Positions 14,569 through 27,532 of a stretch of DNA of 50,623 bases are shown one piece after another. The notes below the pieces were generated by a model. That model was not told the DNA's origin and searched no databases. It saw nothing but the letters and a program-made list of their open reading frames with translations. Location of the stretch: the NCBI RefSeq assembly GCF_001194135.2, contig NC_069002.1, positions 2,078,097 through 2,128,719 of the forward strand, in the 5' to 3' direction. Origin of the DNA: Octopus bimaculoides (taxonomy: Eukaryota). The position numbers and the translations under genes are program-made. Position 1 is the stretch's first letter; each line of letters starts with the position of its first letter.

Positions 14569-14612
14569 AACAAGAGATCACATGGTTAAGAAATCGCAAT
14601 GCGTGCCTGCAC
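14345..14612 (-). mobile_element. SINE family C: 3' half, internal (ATCT)n tract and possible decayed head
   Basis: agtcgaacgaatcgactcc...ccgaaccactaagttacgtaaacacaccaacaccagttgtcaag...agacacaaaaacagac is homologous to 42800-42945; it is followed by (ATCT)n and cacatggtt...gcctgcac, which resembles the head at 19960-20010. Confidence 0.65.
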
Positions 14613-15371
14613 ATATGATGCGATTTCTTGGTGTTAGTCATCCAAAACTCTCGTATATCATTCTATATCAAAAGTCATGTAACGTGATAAAATGTATTTT
14701 ACGCTATTTCCCCTATTTCTCCTTTGAGAAGGCAGAAGGCCGATTTTTCAAATTTTCTGTTTTTTTTTTTTTAAGCTACGACTAGATATAAGACCATGAG
14801 ACATTGCGACCTTTTAAGCGTTATCGAAGTAAGACAACTGAAGTAATACTTATAAGAGAGAATCGAAAAAAAGGAGGTCGCAGAAAAGATCTTGGCTTGT
14901 ATTTATCTTTAAAGAGATCGATACATAAAAACATATGATATAGTATTTTATAATATAGCTTTTATCACTTTCAAAGTAATAAATATTTCTAGCGTACATT
15001 AAAAACAAAACAAGACAAAATTGGAATTGAAAGAGAAAACTGAACAAAAGAAAACAACGCGAAAATACAAACAATAACACTAGAATACAACTAAAATCAA
15101 TATTAAAGTAAAAAACCTCTCATAATATATGTGTTTTCCTCTTATATTTTATTATGTTATGTTTTCCCTTCACTGGACAGATCTGTGAGTAGATACTGTT
15201 AGTAAAAAAAAAGACAATATTTTAACATTTAATGGCGACAGCGAGCGTAAGCAATATAAGAGGTAAACTTCTGACAAACCTGAACTAGAAATGTATTTTT
15301 ATAACACTTCTGCGAGTAATGCCCTTGGATAATGAATGAAGGTCGCAACACAACGTCACATTAATTCAGCG

Positions 15372-15450
15372 CCTTGAATTGGCGAAGGTTTTTGAACATT
15401 GGTAAGAATGATTCGCAGTATTTGTTTTGATCTCCTGAACTCTAAGTTCA
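15372..15450 (+). mobile_element. Old family A SINE head
   Basis: gaattggcgaaggtttttgaacattggtaagaatg...gcagtatttg...ctctaagttcaaatcc resembles the A head with its B-box. Confidence 0.45.
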
Positions 15451-15899
15451 AATCCAGTTAATATTTCAGAGTGGGTTATGTACGCACGTGTGCGTCTGGG
15501 CATGCATAAATGAATGCATGCGTGTATACAAAATTACAATTTTAATATTTGCAGGCTAGAATTTGGCTACGTTGGTAATTCAAAATATAAAACCGAATAT
15601 TTATTCAGTAATTAATACTATATCTGAAATTTCTATTTGTTTTCCTTTCAACATTCTCTTCCTAAAAAATCACGTGATCGTGTAGAGGTTTTACATTGCT
15701 TTGTAAAATATTAGGACTCAATGATAAATTACTTGAATTAAAATTATGTTTACGTTAGGCCCTTATCTTTTTTTTTTATCGTATTTGAAACAAAATTCAT
15801 CCCGTCTCTGAATATTTCCTTCCTCCGTAGGTGTATAGTTTATATCACTTTAAACTCACTTATCTAGTTACATTAAGAATATTATGGCCGATTGATATG

Positions 15900-16069
15900 A
15901 GGCAGCGAGCTGGAATAACCGTTAGCACGCCAGGCAAAAATGCTTAGCTGCATTTCGTCCGTCTTTACATTTCACCGTTTCGGGCTTGATAAACAGAGTG
16001 TCATAGGATTACTGGGGTCGATGTAACCCTTACCCTCTGCCTTTGTTCCAAAATTTGAAATCAATATTA
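15900..16069 (+). mobile_element. Family A SINE with internal deletion
   Basis: ggcagcgagctggaataaccgttagcacgccaggcaaaaatgcttagc...actggggtcgatgtaa...tttgttccaaaatttgaaatcaatatt; the B-box region is missing. Confidence 0.75.
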
Positions 16070-16470
16070 TGAGAGATTCAATAAACTTATGTTTTTACAC
16101 AGAAGGCGTCCCTTGGTAAAGCTACGCATCTCACACCGTTCTTTAAAGTATATTGAGTGGCAATTTTAATCTAGAAAATCCCAGAATTCTGCGAAATCAT
16201 TGAAAACTTAGAAGAGCTTCTTATGGAATCTTGACAAAAATACCTGAATTTAAAATAAATGAATATTAAAAAGTATAGATAAATAAATACGTACAAATCA
16301 TCGAACAACTTTGAAATTGCTGATAATTAAAGTAATACACCCCCACCAGACACCCACACTTGTATGTGTGCACACATCAATACAAATATCTGTATAAATA
16401 GGTATAGGTATATCTATGTATGAATACATACATACAAGTATATGTATAAATAAATATATATGATATATAT

Positions 16471-16517
<47 letters not shown>

Positions 16518-17383
16518 GTAAGTAGGAGTGTGCGAACTGAAGACGTTATATATACATAATATGACGTATATATATACAGTAGGGGTGTGTCAAGTTAAAA
16601 CATAAGTAGAAGATATTTCTAGTAATACATTTTTAATATATTTATATTTATAAATGCATGTATGTACTCACACACACATTTTCACAGGCACATACACAGA
16701 CTTATACACGTAAACATAACGTACACAGTGATATAAATACATACACATATAAAAAATTAATTTCTTAAAAGCAATACATAAGAGAGAAAACAATCCATAA
16801 ACTTGGGAGACAGACTGACGTCTGTTCAATCATAAGATGGAATATTTCTAAACCAAAATCTCGCTGTCTGCTACTCCTACATTCTCCCTCCTCCCATACA
16901 CAATTCCAATCTCGTTATTATTCCCTCTTTCACACCAGCTCTGTATACTTCTCTTTTCATCAAGTCATATATGTTTTCCATTTTCATTACTATTTTAGCC
17001 TTATTTATTTTTAAGACCTCCTCACACCATACAAACACACATATATATATATGTATGTATATACATATATATGCATATATTACAGTTATTCAAACAATGT
17101 AATCTATTTATCTATCTGCCCATTTATCAACCTATCTAAGTAGCTCTTTGTTTATATGTGTGTATACGCAAACAGATATGCACACAAACACACATCTGCA
17201 TATATACTTTGTACGGATATATGTGAGAATATTTGAAAATGAATTCACATTAGATATATACATACATACGCCTATAAATATATTTGAGAGCGGAAGCCTG
17301 TATGTCTGGGTTGCTGCGCATATGTATATATACGCATATGCGCGTATAATTATTTGCATCATGGGTGTGTTAAACTCTCGTTA

Positions 17384-17428
<45 letters not shown>

Positions 17429-17649
17429 TTCGTTGCAGTTCTTTATATTGTACATACCTTCACCGCTTCAGTTTTCATACAGTGCTTGTTTTACTTCGAT
17501 CTGGTTATGCAAGTTGTAATTCTTCATCTCATGCCGCATCGGTTAGAGAAGAAGGATCGATGTGAACGTAAACCACACAACTACGTCACAATCATTGCCA
17601 TTCACATAATCGAGATCGCCATCGTCGTGCTGCTGTTGGTCGTCGTTTT

Positions 17650-17671
17650 TGTCCTAGAGATGGTCATCATC

Positions 17672-17703
<32 letters not shown>

Positions 17704-17772
17704 CATCTTCAACATCATCGTCGTCGTCCTCTTCCTTATAATCAACGTAGTTCACTTCAACGTCATCATCAT
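17650..17772. repeat. Degenerate (CAT/CGT)n trinucleotide tract
   Basis: Direct reading. Confidence 0.9.
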
Positions 17773-18099
17773 CGACAGACAACAACTGAATAAAAACAAA
17801 CAGAATCAATACACGTAAAACGTTAAGTCTCTACCGTCTTGTGTTTGCTTCATAATTCTATTTCCAGTTAAAATTTTTCTCTTGTTTCGTTTAAAGAAAT
17901 AACAAAAAAAAAGTGTAAAAAAAAAATGAAATAAATGTAACACGAGACATTTCTTTTAAAATATATACATTGCTTCATTTGTTTGATAATAACTGTGATA
18001 ACATTTAGTATACAACAACAATGAAAAAATATTGTAGAACATTCGGTCAAGAGGAAGAGGGAGATATGGAAGCAAAATGGGGAAGAAAGAACAGAAATG

Positions 18100-18362
18100 A
18101 GGAAAATGATGATGATGGATAATGAAGGCAAAGGCGACGACGGCGAAGATGATGACGATGATGATGATGTGGATGATGGTGGTGGTAGTAGTGAATGGTG
18201 ATGGTGGTGGTGAATAATGGTAGTAGTGAATGGTGGTGGTAGTGGTGGTGGGGATAATGATAATAACAAATGGAAATAAGGCAAATCATATGGAAAAGAA
18301 CTACAACATCAGCATCGTCATCGATAACAGCAATAATGATGATGACAAATAGAGAACGTTGT

Positions 18363-18393
<31 letters not shown>

Positions 18394-18401
18394 CCAGTAG
18401 C

Positions 18402-18450
<49 letters not shown>

Positions 18451-18473
18451 TGATAAGGAGGAGGAGGAAGAAG
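18100..18473. repeat. Compound trinucleotide field (GAT, GGT, AGC, AGT, GGA)
   Basis: Successive GAT/GGT, (AGC)n and (AGT)n blocks running into the 872-nt gap. Confidence 0.9.
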
Positions 18474-19534
18474 NNNNNNNNNNNNNNNNNNNNNNNNNNN
18501 NNNNNNNNNNNNNNNNNNNNNNNNNNNNNNNNNNNNNNNNNNNNNNNNNNNNNNNNNNNNNNNNNNNNNNNNNNNNNNNNNNNNNNNNNNNNNNNNNNNN
18601 NNNNNNNNNNNNNNNNNNNNNNNNNNNNNNNNNNNNNNNNNNNNNNNNNNNNNNNNNNNNNNNNNNNNNNNNNNNNNNNNNNNNNNNNNNNNNNNNNNNN
18701 NNNNNNNNNNNNNNNNNNNNNNNNNNNNNNNNNNNNNNNNNNNNNNNNNNNNNNNNNNNNNNNNNNNNNNNNNNNNNNNNNNNNNNNNNNNNNNNNNNNN
18801 NNNNNNNNNNNNNNNNNNNNNNNNNNNNNNNNNNNNNNNNNNNNNNNNNNNNNNNNNNNNNNNNNNNNNNNNNNNNNNNNNNNNNNNNNNNNNNNNNNNN
18901 NNNNNNNNNNNNNNNNNNNNNNNNNNNNNNNNNNNNNNNNNNNNNNNNNNNNNNNNNNNNNNNNNNNNNNNNNNNNNNNNNNNNNNNNNNNNNNNNNNNN
19001 NNNNNNNNNNNNNNNNNNNNNNNNNNNNNNNNNNNNNNNNNNNNNNNNNNNNNNNNNNNNNNNNNNNNNNNNNNNNNNNNNNNNNNNNNNNNNNNNNNNN
19101 NNNNNNNNNNNNNNNNNNNNNNNNNNNNNNNNNNNNNNNNNNNNNNNNNNNNNNNNNNNNNNNNNNNNNNNNNNNNNNNNNNNNNNNNNNNNNNNNNNNN
19201 NNNNNNNNNNNNNNNNNNNNNNNNNNNNNNNNNNNNNNNNNNNNNNNNNNNNNNNNNNNNNNNNNNNNNNNNNNNNNNNNNNNNNNNNNNNNNNNNNNNN
19301 NNNNNNNNNNNNNNNNNNNNNNNNNNNNNNNNNNNNNNNNNNNNNTATATATGTATATATATGTATATATATGCGTATATATATATATATATATATATAT
19401 GTTTATCCTTTTTGCGTGTGAAACAATATTCAAGTGGTTTTAATGCAGTGGTTATATATTACAGTTTGAACTTATTTCGATATAAAATAGACTTCGTTTT
19501 CGATTCTCACATTATTCATAAGTTATATGCGCAG

Positions 19535-19740
19535 CCACCACTACCACCACCACCAACACCGCCATCAGAGACACCGTCACCACCACTGCCACCTTTGCTA
19601 TGAAAACCGTCATCAACACCACTACCAAACATTAGCAACACTTTCACCATCACGACCACCACAACTACCACCATCGTTTCATCAAAGAAATCACCACAGT
19701 CAGTATGAACACTCCGACATCACCTCCAATATCACCTTCT
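19535..19740. repeat. Degenerate (CAC/CAT)n tract
   Basis: Direct reading. Confidence 0.8.
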
Positions 19741-19749
19741 CCGCAAGAG

Positions 19750-19833
19750 ACAGAAGGCCTGAAAATTTAGGGGAGTGGGTTAGTCGGCCCCAGGGCTCAA
19801 CTGGTACTTATTTTATCGGCAACGATTCTGTCA
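19750..19833 (-). mobile_element. Family A SINE 3' fragment
   Basis: aaggcctgaaaatttaggggagtgggttagtcggccccagggctcaactggtacttattttatcg is the antisense tail and core. Confidence 0.65.
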
Positions 19834-19890
19834 CTTCATTGCCCTTGGCCGGATATAGATAATGCATTCTGCTGTTTCTGTATATATATA

Positions 19891-20010
19891 CGACGGTCGT
19901 TTTTCAGCTTCCGTCTACCAAAAACACTCACAAGATGCCACGCAGTGGGACTGAACACAGACCATGTGGTTGGAGAGGAAAGCTTCTTACCACACAACTA
20001 CGCCTGTGCC
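19891..20010 (-). mobile_element. SINE family C 5' half (tRNA-like head), internally deleted
   Basis: cttccgtctacca...gccacgcagtgggactgaacacagaccatgtggttgg...agcttcttaccacacaactacgcctgtgcc; antisense GGTTCAGTCCC-type B-box; both flanks are (TA)n; homologous to 44740-44797. Confidence 0.8.
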
Positions 20011-20070
<60 letters not shown>

Positions 20071-20499
20071 CGCATATATTTGTTTATGCATACATTTATA
20101 AACACTAATAGAGACACATGAACAGATACACAGAGATAAACTCACAACAGGCACACGTTTATTCCTATACGCTCATCTAGGTTGATAAACACACATAAGA
20201 AACTAGCATGATAGAAATACCACAGTATTTGTTTTCAATTCGTAAAAGACATTTAAGCTGACATCTATAATACATTTTGATTGAAAGAATTGCTTTACTG
20301 CTGTGTGGTATTCATTCTTCTCCCTTTCTCATTCTCATTCAATATTTTCAATTAGAGGTTACCAATTATTCTTTTACTTCTAATTTTTCACACACCTCTC
20401 CATCGTTCTCTTCTGTGTATTTTCCTCAGCTTTGAACTGTCCCCTAACTTTTAATTACTGTTTATATCACAGTCTCGAAATGTATGAATGTATACGTCA

Positions 20500-20875
20500 T
20501 CGTACCTCTTCATCATCGTTTCTACCGTCGTCATCATCAATAGTGTCATCCTCATTAGCCGCTGCGTTTCCAACATAGTCATATTTATGACCCGACACAA
20601 CAAGAAATGACAACCAAGATGATCCCCTCCAGCTTTAACAGCATCAGCACCATGATCATCACTATCAACACCATCACCACAACTACTGCAACTATCATGA
20701 ACAATACTAAAGTCACCTCCCAAAAATAACCACCACATCGACATTAACAGCACTAACGACAACACAACCACTTCTAATACCTTTATGAAGAACACCGTCA
20801 TTGAAAACAAAACTACAATTTTATTCACACCATTATTATAAAATCATCATCGCCATCCTCCTCGTTATCATTACT
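20500..20875. repeat. Highly degenerate (CAT/CAC)n low-complexity region
   Basis: Residual 3-nt periodicity; explains ORF 20451..20828. Confidence 0.65.
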
Positions 20876-21857
20876 AGTAAACAGACAGAATTCTGAAGTT
20901 ACTCTATTTTAGCATTGGTTTCATGATGCTGCGTCGTTATAATACTCTACTCTATGCGGGTTCGCAAGAAGTTAATGCAATTAATGTATGTTAATATCAA
21001 CCGAAACCTGTGTCGTTACGCTCGCTAGGTATTTGTATTGTGTGTCAATGTACAAAGTGGAGCTATTTGTTTTCCTTTGGCTTCCAGCATGCGACTGGGA
21101 GTTAAACTCAAGCGTGGCATGCAGGAAATTACTGATGCAAAAATCCTTTTTGACGGCAACACTAGTTGTGTTGGAAAATGTGGTAATTATTAATTTCCTC
21201 AGCTTGTTAGCTACTTGCCACTCGCACTGTTCAAAATCATGAGCCCATCATCCCTGTACATGCATGCACTTATCCTAATAAAAGAACAATCCACTTTGTT
21301 GGAGAGGAACAACCATGACATTTCAGATATAGTGATCAATCAAATTTATCCACGAAAAGATTTTAGCCGACCGTTTCATTCTTGTTCTAACAGTAAACAT
21401 CATTTTAAAAAGAAAATGAATTCTGTGATGTATAAGGAATCTCAGATTGATGTGAGTTCTGGTGATATTGGCGACTTTTATTGACGATTCTAGATCATGG
21501 AAATTTAAAATTCAATGGTGTTGATAGGGAAAAATGGTATTGTTTTTAAGAAAATGAAAGATCATTTCCATAAAAATTGCTTTTCTACTGCCAATAGATG
21601 AAAAAGTTACATAGAAAATATACTTATAAACTTAAGAGTCACAGGCACCAATAAAATTATACGCTAAGCTTCTCAGACGTGGGAATGCATCATATCTGCT
21701 CGGAGCACCTTTGTAAAATAAACAGACGACAAAACAGCAAACATCTAAAACGGTTATACATAAGACGTGTATGATCTTTAAAAACTCTCATATAATCCAT
21801 TCTTGTCTGCCTAAACTATACAAATATATACATACATACAGGCACACACACACACAC

Positions 21858-21934
<77 letters not shown>

Positions 21935-21990
21935 NNNNNNNNNNNNNNNNNNNNNNNNNNNNNNNNNNNNNNNNNNNNNNNNNNNNNNNN

Positions 21991-22021
<31 letters not shown>

Positions 22022-22604
22022 GCATATATATCAAAGTTCAGATTGTCTAGACAGGGTTGCATGCAACAAAAGGAGCCCACATGAAATTGTTCTGATATTT
22101 CTAATAGAAATCTCTTTGCCTATATTTCCAAAAACTCTGCTGAGTTCCACTTATTTCTCATTCTTTTCCGAATTTTTCAGATTCAAAGGTAACTTATGAA
22201 CAGCTTGTGTATTGCGATCTTGTTAACTTAATGATATTTTATCTCAAATATTTCTACAGCGTTATGCTTTCTAACGCTGTTTCACATTTATTATGACACA
22301 AAATACGAGTCTAATTTAATCCTATTTCCATTGCGTACACAGAATATATATGTGTGTGTGTGAGAGTGTGTGTGTTTGTGTGTGTTTATGTATGTATGTG
22401 TGTGTGTGTTTGTGAGTGTTTGTGTAGGCATGTGTGTGTGAGTGTGTGTGTGTTTGTGTGTATGTATGTTTATGTGTATATATGTTTGTGTGTGTGAGTG
22501 TGTGTGCGTGTGATTCTGTGTGTGAGTGTGTGTGTGTTTGTGTGTGCATATGTGCATGAGGGAGAGAGAAGGGGGAATGCTTCAAATGTTTCGTTATTAT
22601 GCAC

Positions 22605-22960
22605 ATCCCTAAATTTGCATATTCTTAATTTATTAATCTTAATTAGATATTTCTAATTCGAAACGCGCTAATCACACATACATGTAATCCTATTAACTAT
22701 TTTTACTCGATATATGTTCCTACGTAAATCTTGCAGTTGATGGACCTAATGATATTTTCCTAATTATATACCCTTAATTTTATATTTCTAATTACCGGTT
22801 CCCTTATTACATAGTTTCTTAACGTATACCGAGCAATTAAAAAATATGCAAATGCATGACGGTATGCTAATTATACATTTGAAATTACAGATTTCGAATT
22901 TCATATCCTTAATTACAGACAACAGCAATTATATCCCCTATTTAGAAATCCTTAATAACC
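22605..22960. repeat. Decayed minisatellite, about 14-bp period, consensus near yatatyycTAATTa
   Basis: TAAT cores at 22626, 22640, 22654, 22669 and at 22747, 22761, 22775, 22789 (spacing 14-15). Confidence 0.7.
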
Positions 22961-24555
22961 TCTTACATCAACAGTAGGCCAAGGGCACGTTCATTTTTAT
23001 TTATGATAGTCGACCGAAGTATGGTTGATATGGATTTATTATAAGTAGATAATACCTAGTGATTTCGAATTGTTTTACGATATAAGTGGGTTATGTGAAC
23101 GTATTTCACATAACCCACTTATGTTAAAGTGGGTTGAAAAGACTTTTGGAATGAAACATTCGTTGGCTGCCCGTGGGACGTGAAATCCACATCTTATGTA
23201 AACACAATGATTTTATACCACTGTACCAAAGAAAGCACTCGAAAATCTCTCTCCATTCTAGAAACTTTATTCTTACAAGTGGGAATTTATGTTGTTGACG
23301 TCATAAGAATTTATTAACTTTGAAATGATGTAAAATAATGCTTTTGTTTGGAAAGGTAGATCTCGAAGCTGATAAAACTATACACAGGCTCTCTCTCTCC
23401 CTCTCTTTCTCTCTCTCACACTCACACATACACACACAACTGTACACATAAATTCAAATACATATTAACATTTTCACGATAAACACGTGTTGATCGCATT
23501 GTTTCGGCAGTCTATATTTACTAATCTAGATTTCTGCTAGATCTCTAGACAAATACAGTATAATGTATGAGAATGTTGTGATCAGGTCTTCGTTTTTTTT
23601 CCTATCCGCTTTTGTTTTACGTCATGTGATGTCCTACTTTGTAATTGTTTCTTGTTATAAATGCATAATGATTCGACAATATAGCCTCATTCTCTAATGC
23701 CCATTCAAGCATTTATATTCTTGTTATGTATACACTCTCAACGCTGAAATCAAATAGTCAAACTTATAAACCACACTGCTGTGTATATCCTATGTTCACA
23801 GTTCTAATGCTGGTTTGTTCAAGCTAGAAATTTAAGAAAATAATAAAAATAACACACAATTTTACTGTTTTGTACTACATATGATTGCGTGTAATACATT
23901 TTCCATTCAGTTTAATAGGATTTTTGACAACGTTTTCACTAATCTATAATATTTTTATTCTTTTTGCTTTTAGTTCATTACATGTACTTGTGTTTTATTG
24001 AAGTTTTTTTTTTCTAATATCTTTTCTGTGTTGAATTTGGTTTTTCTATTGATCTATAGCTTGCTGTATGTCAATCTGGTTTGTATTTCTGGTGTTTATT
24101 TTTTGCGGTCAGTGTTTGTTTTATGCTATAGATTTATTGCTGTATATGGCGTGTATTTATTTTGTGGTGCAATAACATAAAGCCCTCAATGTAATCTTGT
24201 GTCAGAAGTATGTAGATTCTGATATATCATTATTTACTCGGACAGTAAACATGGCTAATATTATCCGACCACATTTCCGTTCGATAGGTTTCTCGGTTAA
24301 TATATATATATATATATATATATATTAACACATTGGAAAGAAATGACTTTTAAGTAATTTACACAGCTGACACTATTTAGCAAGTTTATATTTTTGTTTT
24401 ATGCCTCTTAGTTTTTTTGTTTTTTTTTGTAGATTGGGCATATGCACAGTGGAGTGAAAACTTTTGAACGGAAACAACGGGGTATGATAGTGTTATCTTT
24501 TGTGACTTGTACACAAGCACTCACAAAGTTACAAACAAATGCACACACATCACAT

Positions 24556-24637
<82 letters not shown>

Positions 24638-25139
24638 TTAGACACACAAACACTCACAAACACTCACACACATATATATTTATAGTTAAAGAGAGAGAGA
24701 GAGAGAGAGAGAGGAAAGAGAGAGAGAATGTGGTGTATATATTCATGTCTATTTAGGTAGGTATATTGGTAAACAAATAGTTTAGGTTTAAAATGAAAAT
24801 AACCATAGCTTATATTATTCAAGCACGATTCCGTAAGATAAAGTTTTCAGTCGACTGTTATATATGAGTTATAAAAAGACAATAGAAGTCGATGATGTGT
24901 ACTTTTACCTAGCGTTTCAAAATTTCGGATGGGGATCTCTTCTCAGGGAATCTTTGTACATTTCGTGTTAAGATCTGACCTTCTAGTTCTGTAATGTGTC
25001 TATACTTCTATCTGTCACTGTTATGGCTAAAAAAAAAACAGAAATTTCAATCCGTATATACATGCACGCATACATACATACATACATACATACATGCATG
25101 CATGCATACATACATACATACATACATACATACATGTGT

Positions 25140-25585
25140 TGATGACAAAAACAACTGGAATTAATAACGATATTTTCAGCTGAAATAGGCATGGAATTTG
25201 GCCCAAAGAAATGTTCATATTTGGTTATAGAACTAGGAAAGCCAGTACCCTAAACCTAAAACGTATGCACCAACGGTCTCTCTATCTCCCCTATTTCACA
25301 CAAATAATGTTACAAGTACCTAGGCATAGACGAAAATGTATCATATGAAGGCACTGAGAATAAAGATAGAGTGACCTGAGAATATTATACCAAACTTGGG
25401 AAAATATGGCAGTCGAGACTCACTTCTTACAACAAAACAATATCCCACAATGCATTTGCAGTTCCAGTGCTGATCCCAACATTTGGGATAATTGATTGGT
25501 CTGTAGATATCCGTAGATATCAAAACCCGCAAAAATCCTGACAACAACTGGGAAATTTCACAGAGACAGTGATATTGACAGGCCT
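25140..25585 (+). mobile_element. Decayed R4/Dong-like non-LTR retrotransposon, end of RT and downstream region
   Basis: Translates LELITIFSAEIGMEFGPKKCSYLVIELGK ... YKYLGIDENVSYEG ... NAFAVPVLIPTFGIIDWS ... DIKTRKILT..GKFHRDSDIDR, matching R4-clade motifs FS.DIGM.FG..KC, YKYLG, NT.AVP...Y.FG and H..SD.DRLY. Stops and frameshifts are present. Confidence 0.8.
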
Positions 25586-26451
25586 GTAGAGCAGGTCAAT
25601 CTGTGGTTCATTCTCCATATTCATAAAGCTGACTTCAACTGAAATATCATAGCATTTAGAGGGAAATACTCCATCATTTAAATAATATCATTGCTGATGT
25701 TGTACTGTGTGGTGAATAGTGAATAGTTGTGGTAAATATCTTATGTGAGGGTAACTGAGATATTTGATCATTTAACCCGTCTATGCGTCCAGATAATCAC
25801 TGACACAATATAATTTATGTTCACACTGTACAAAGTGTGTTCCTTCGGCAAGACGTCTGCTAAATCAATAGAGAATCAGAGAACCATTGTTATATTTAAG
25901 TTAGACATACTGATTGACAGGAAAGAATTATACAATTAATTAAAGACTTAACGACTTAAGTAAGATAAAATAGATAAGTGATTCATCATTCAATTATCGG
26001 ATATCTTCATAGATGAATGGTAAGCACATTTATATAACAGAGGGTTGTTACAAAGTACCTCGTTGAAAAATGGACACGCACCCAAACGTATATGACGGTG
26101 AAAATCCGTGAAGTAGAAACAGTACGGTATATTGTTTTTTATAGTTTGTATATATCTCTTTTATTATAAATGCAAACAACACCACGGAGGAATCGGCGTA
26201 AGCTTCAATAATAAACCACGATAGGTGAATCGCGATATGGCTAAGGATTACTGTATAGCGCTTATTATAATGTTGATATTCTACGATAATAACTATGATA
26301 CATTCTGACTCCTTACATTCGGCTCCCTGTTTTACTCATTCTAAATTTGAAATGGGATAACTAAGTATTTGAGCAAATCGTATGTATCTGGAGCGTACAA
26401 ATATATTTAAAGATGTATATGTTTTTACAATATTTAAAATCACTCAAATTC

Positions 26452-26668
26452 CGCGGCGAGCTGGCAGAACTGTTAACCACGCCGGGCGAAATGCTTAGCG
26501 GTATTTCGTCTGTCTACGTTCTCAGTTCAAATTCCGCGGAGGTCGACTTTGTCTTTCATCCTTTCGGGGTCGATAAATTAAGTATCAGTTGCGTACTGAG
26601 GTCGGTCTAATCGACTGGCCTCCTCCTCAAAAATTTCGGGCTTTGTGCCTAGGATAGAAAAGAATATT
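26452..26668 (+). mobile_element. tRNA-derived SINE, family A, full length and best preserved
   Basis: gcggcgagctggcagaactgttaacc (A-box-like), gttctcagttcaaattcc (B-box-like), core gtcgactttgtctttcatcctttcggggtcgataaattaagtatcagttg, tail ctttgtgcctaggatagaaaagaatatt. Confidence 0.9.
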
Positions 26669-26777
26669 TAAAATCACTTATTGGTGCTCTGCGCATGTGC
26701 GTTAATAAGTTTTGTTGTTAGAGGAAGTATTTCAGATTTTGAGATTTGGCACTCTACTTCACAATTTCCTACACACG

Positions 26778-26826
<49 letters not shown>

Positions 26827-26889
26827 ATATATACGTATCAAAGTTGCATTCCAGAAGATCCGAGGCATTCCTAGGAGAGACATTTATTA

Positions 26890-27095
26890 ATTTCAAGCAA
26901 CAAAACTCTAATCTACTTCAAAGTAGAAGTGGCTGCAGCGCTACAACAAATGCACTTGCTGTAGCGCTCCGTCCACTTCATCTCCTCCTTCAGCTTTGGG
27001 AACTATTAAAAGTCACAGACACCATTGTCCAGGCTGTTGGAAGGGTGACGGACAGTTTTCATGCCTATCTCTGTGAAGTAGTTGTTTACCAGGAA
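26890..27095 (-). mobile_element. Mariner transposase C-terminal remnant
   Basis: Minus strand reads LVNNYFTEIGMKTVRHPSNSLDNGVCDF**FPKLKEEMKWTERYSKCI, a decayed mariner HPPYSPDLAP.DF.LFPKLK ... ERY.KC segment with an internal deletion. Confidence 0.75.
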
Positions 27096-27120
27096 AGCAC
27101 TTATTATGTATGTATGTATG

Positions 27121-27151
<31 letters not shown>

Positions 27152-27168
27152 TTGTGTGTGTGTGAGTA

Positions 27169-27209
<41 letters not shown>

Positions 27210-27532
27210 TTGTGTTTGTGGATTTATACTGCTTCGAAAGCAGAGATTTTGTATTCAACTCAGATTTCGCGTTCGACAAATAGATATAGAATTGTATCTG
27301 TGTCTGATATTAAACATTTAATTTGATGTCCAAGAACGTATTCGATCCGTTGAGAGACGCCAATAAGAAAAAAAATACGAAGATAAAACTGACACGCGTA
27401 AACATGTTAACATATAAGCTTGCATACATATATACACATACAGACTTACACACAGACATACACCCATATATACACACAGATACATACATACATACATACA
27501 TACATACATACATACATACATACATGCATATA

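Noticed and set aside
15160-15190. Polypyrimidine-CAG|ATCT|GTGAGT 4-nt microexon look-alike
   Set aside because: No flanking exons are visible, it would shift frame, and it is untestable without RNA data.
18270-19421. 383-aa poly-Ser ORF
   Set aside because: It consists of (AGC/AGT)n plus 872 N; its length is an artefact of the gap.
26452-26540. tRNA-like A/B boxes as a true tRNA gene (also 46113, 44740)
   Set aside because: No complete cloverleaf; each continues into repeated SINE body sequence.
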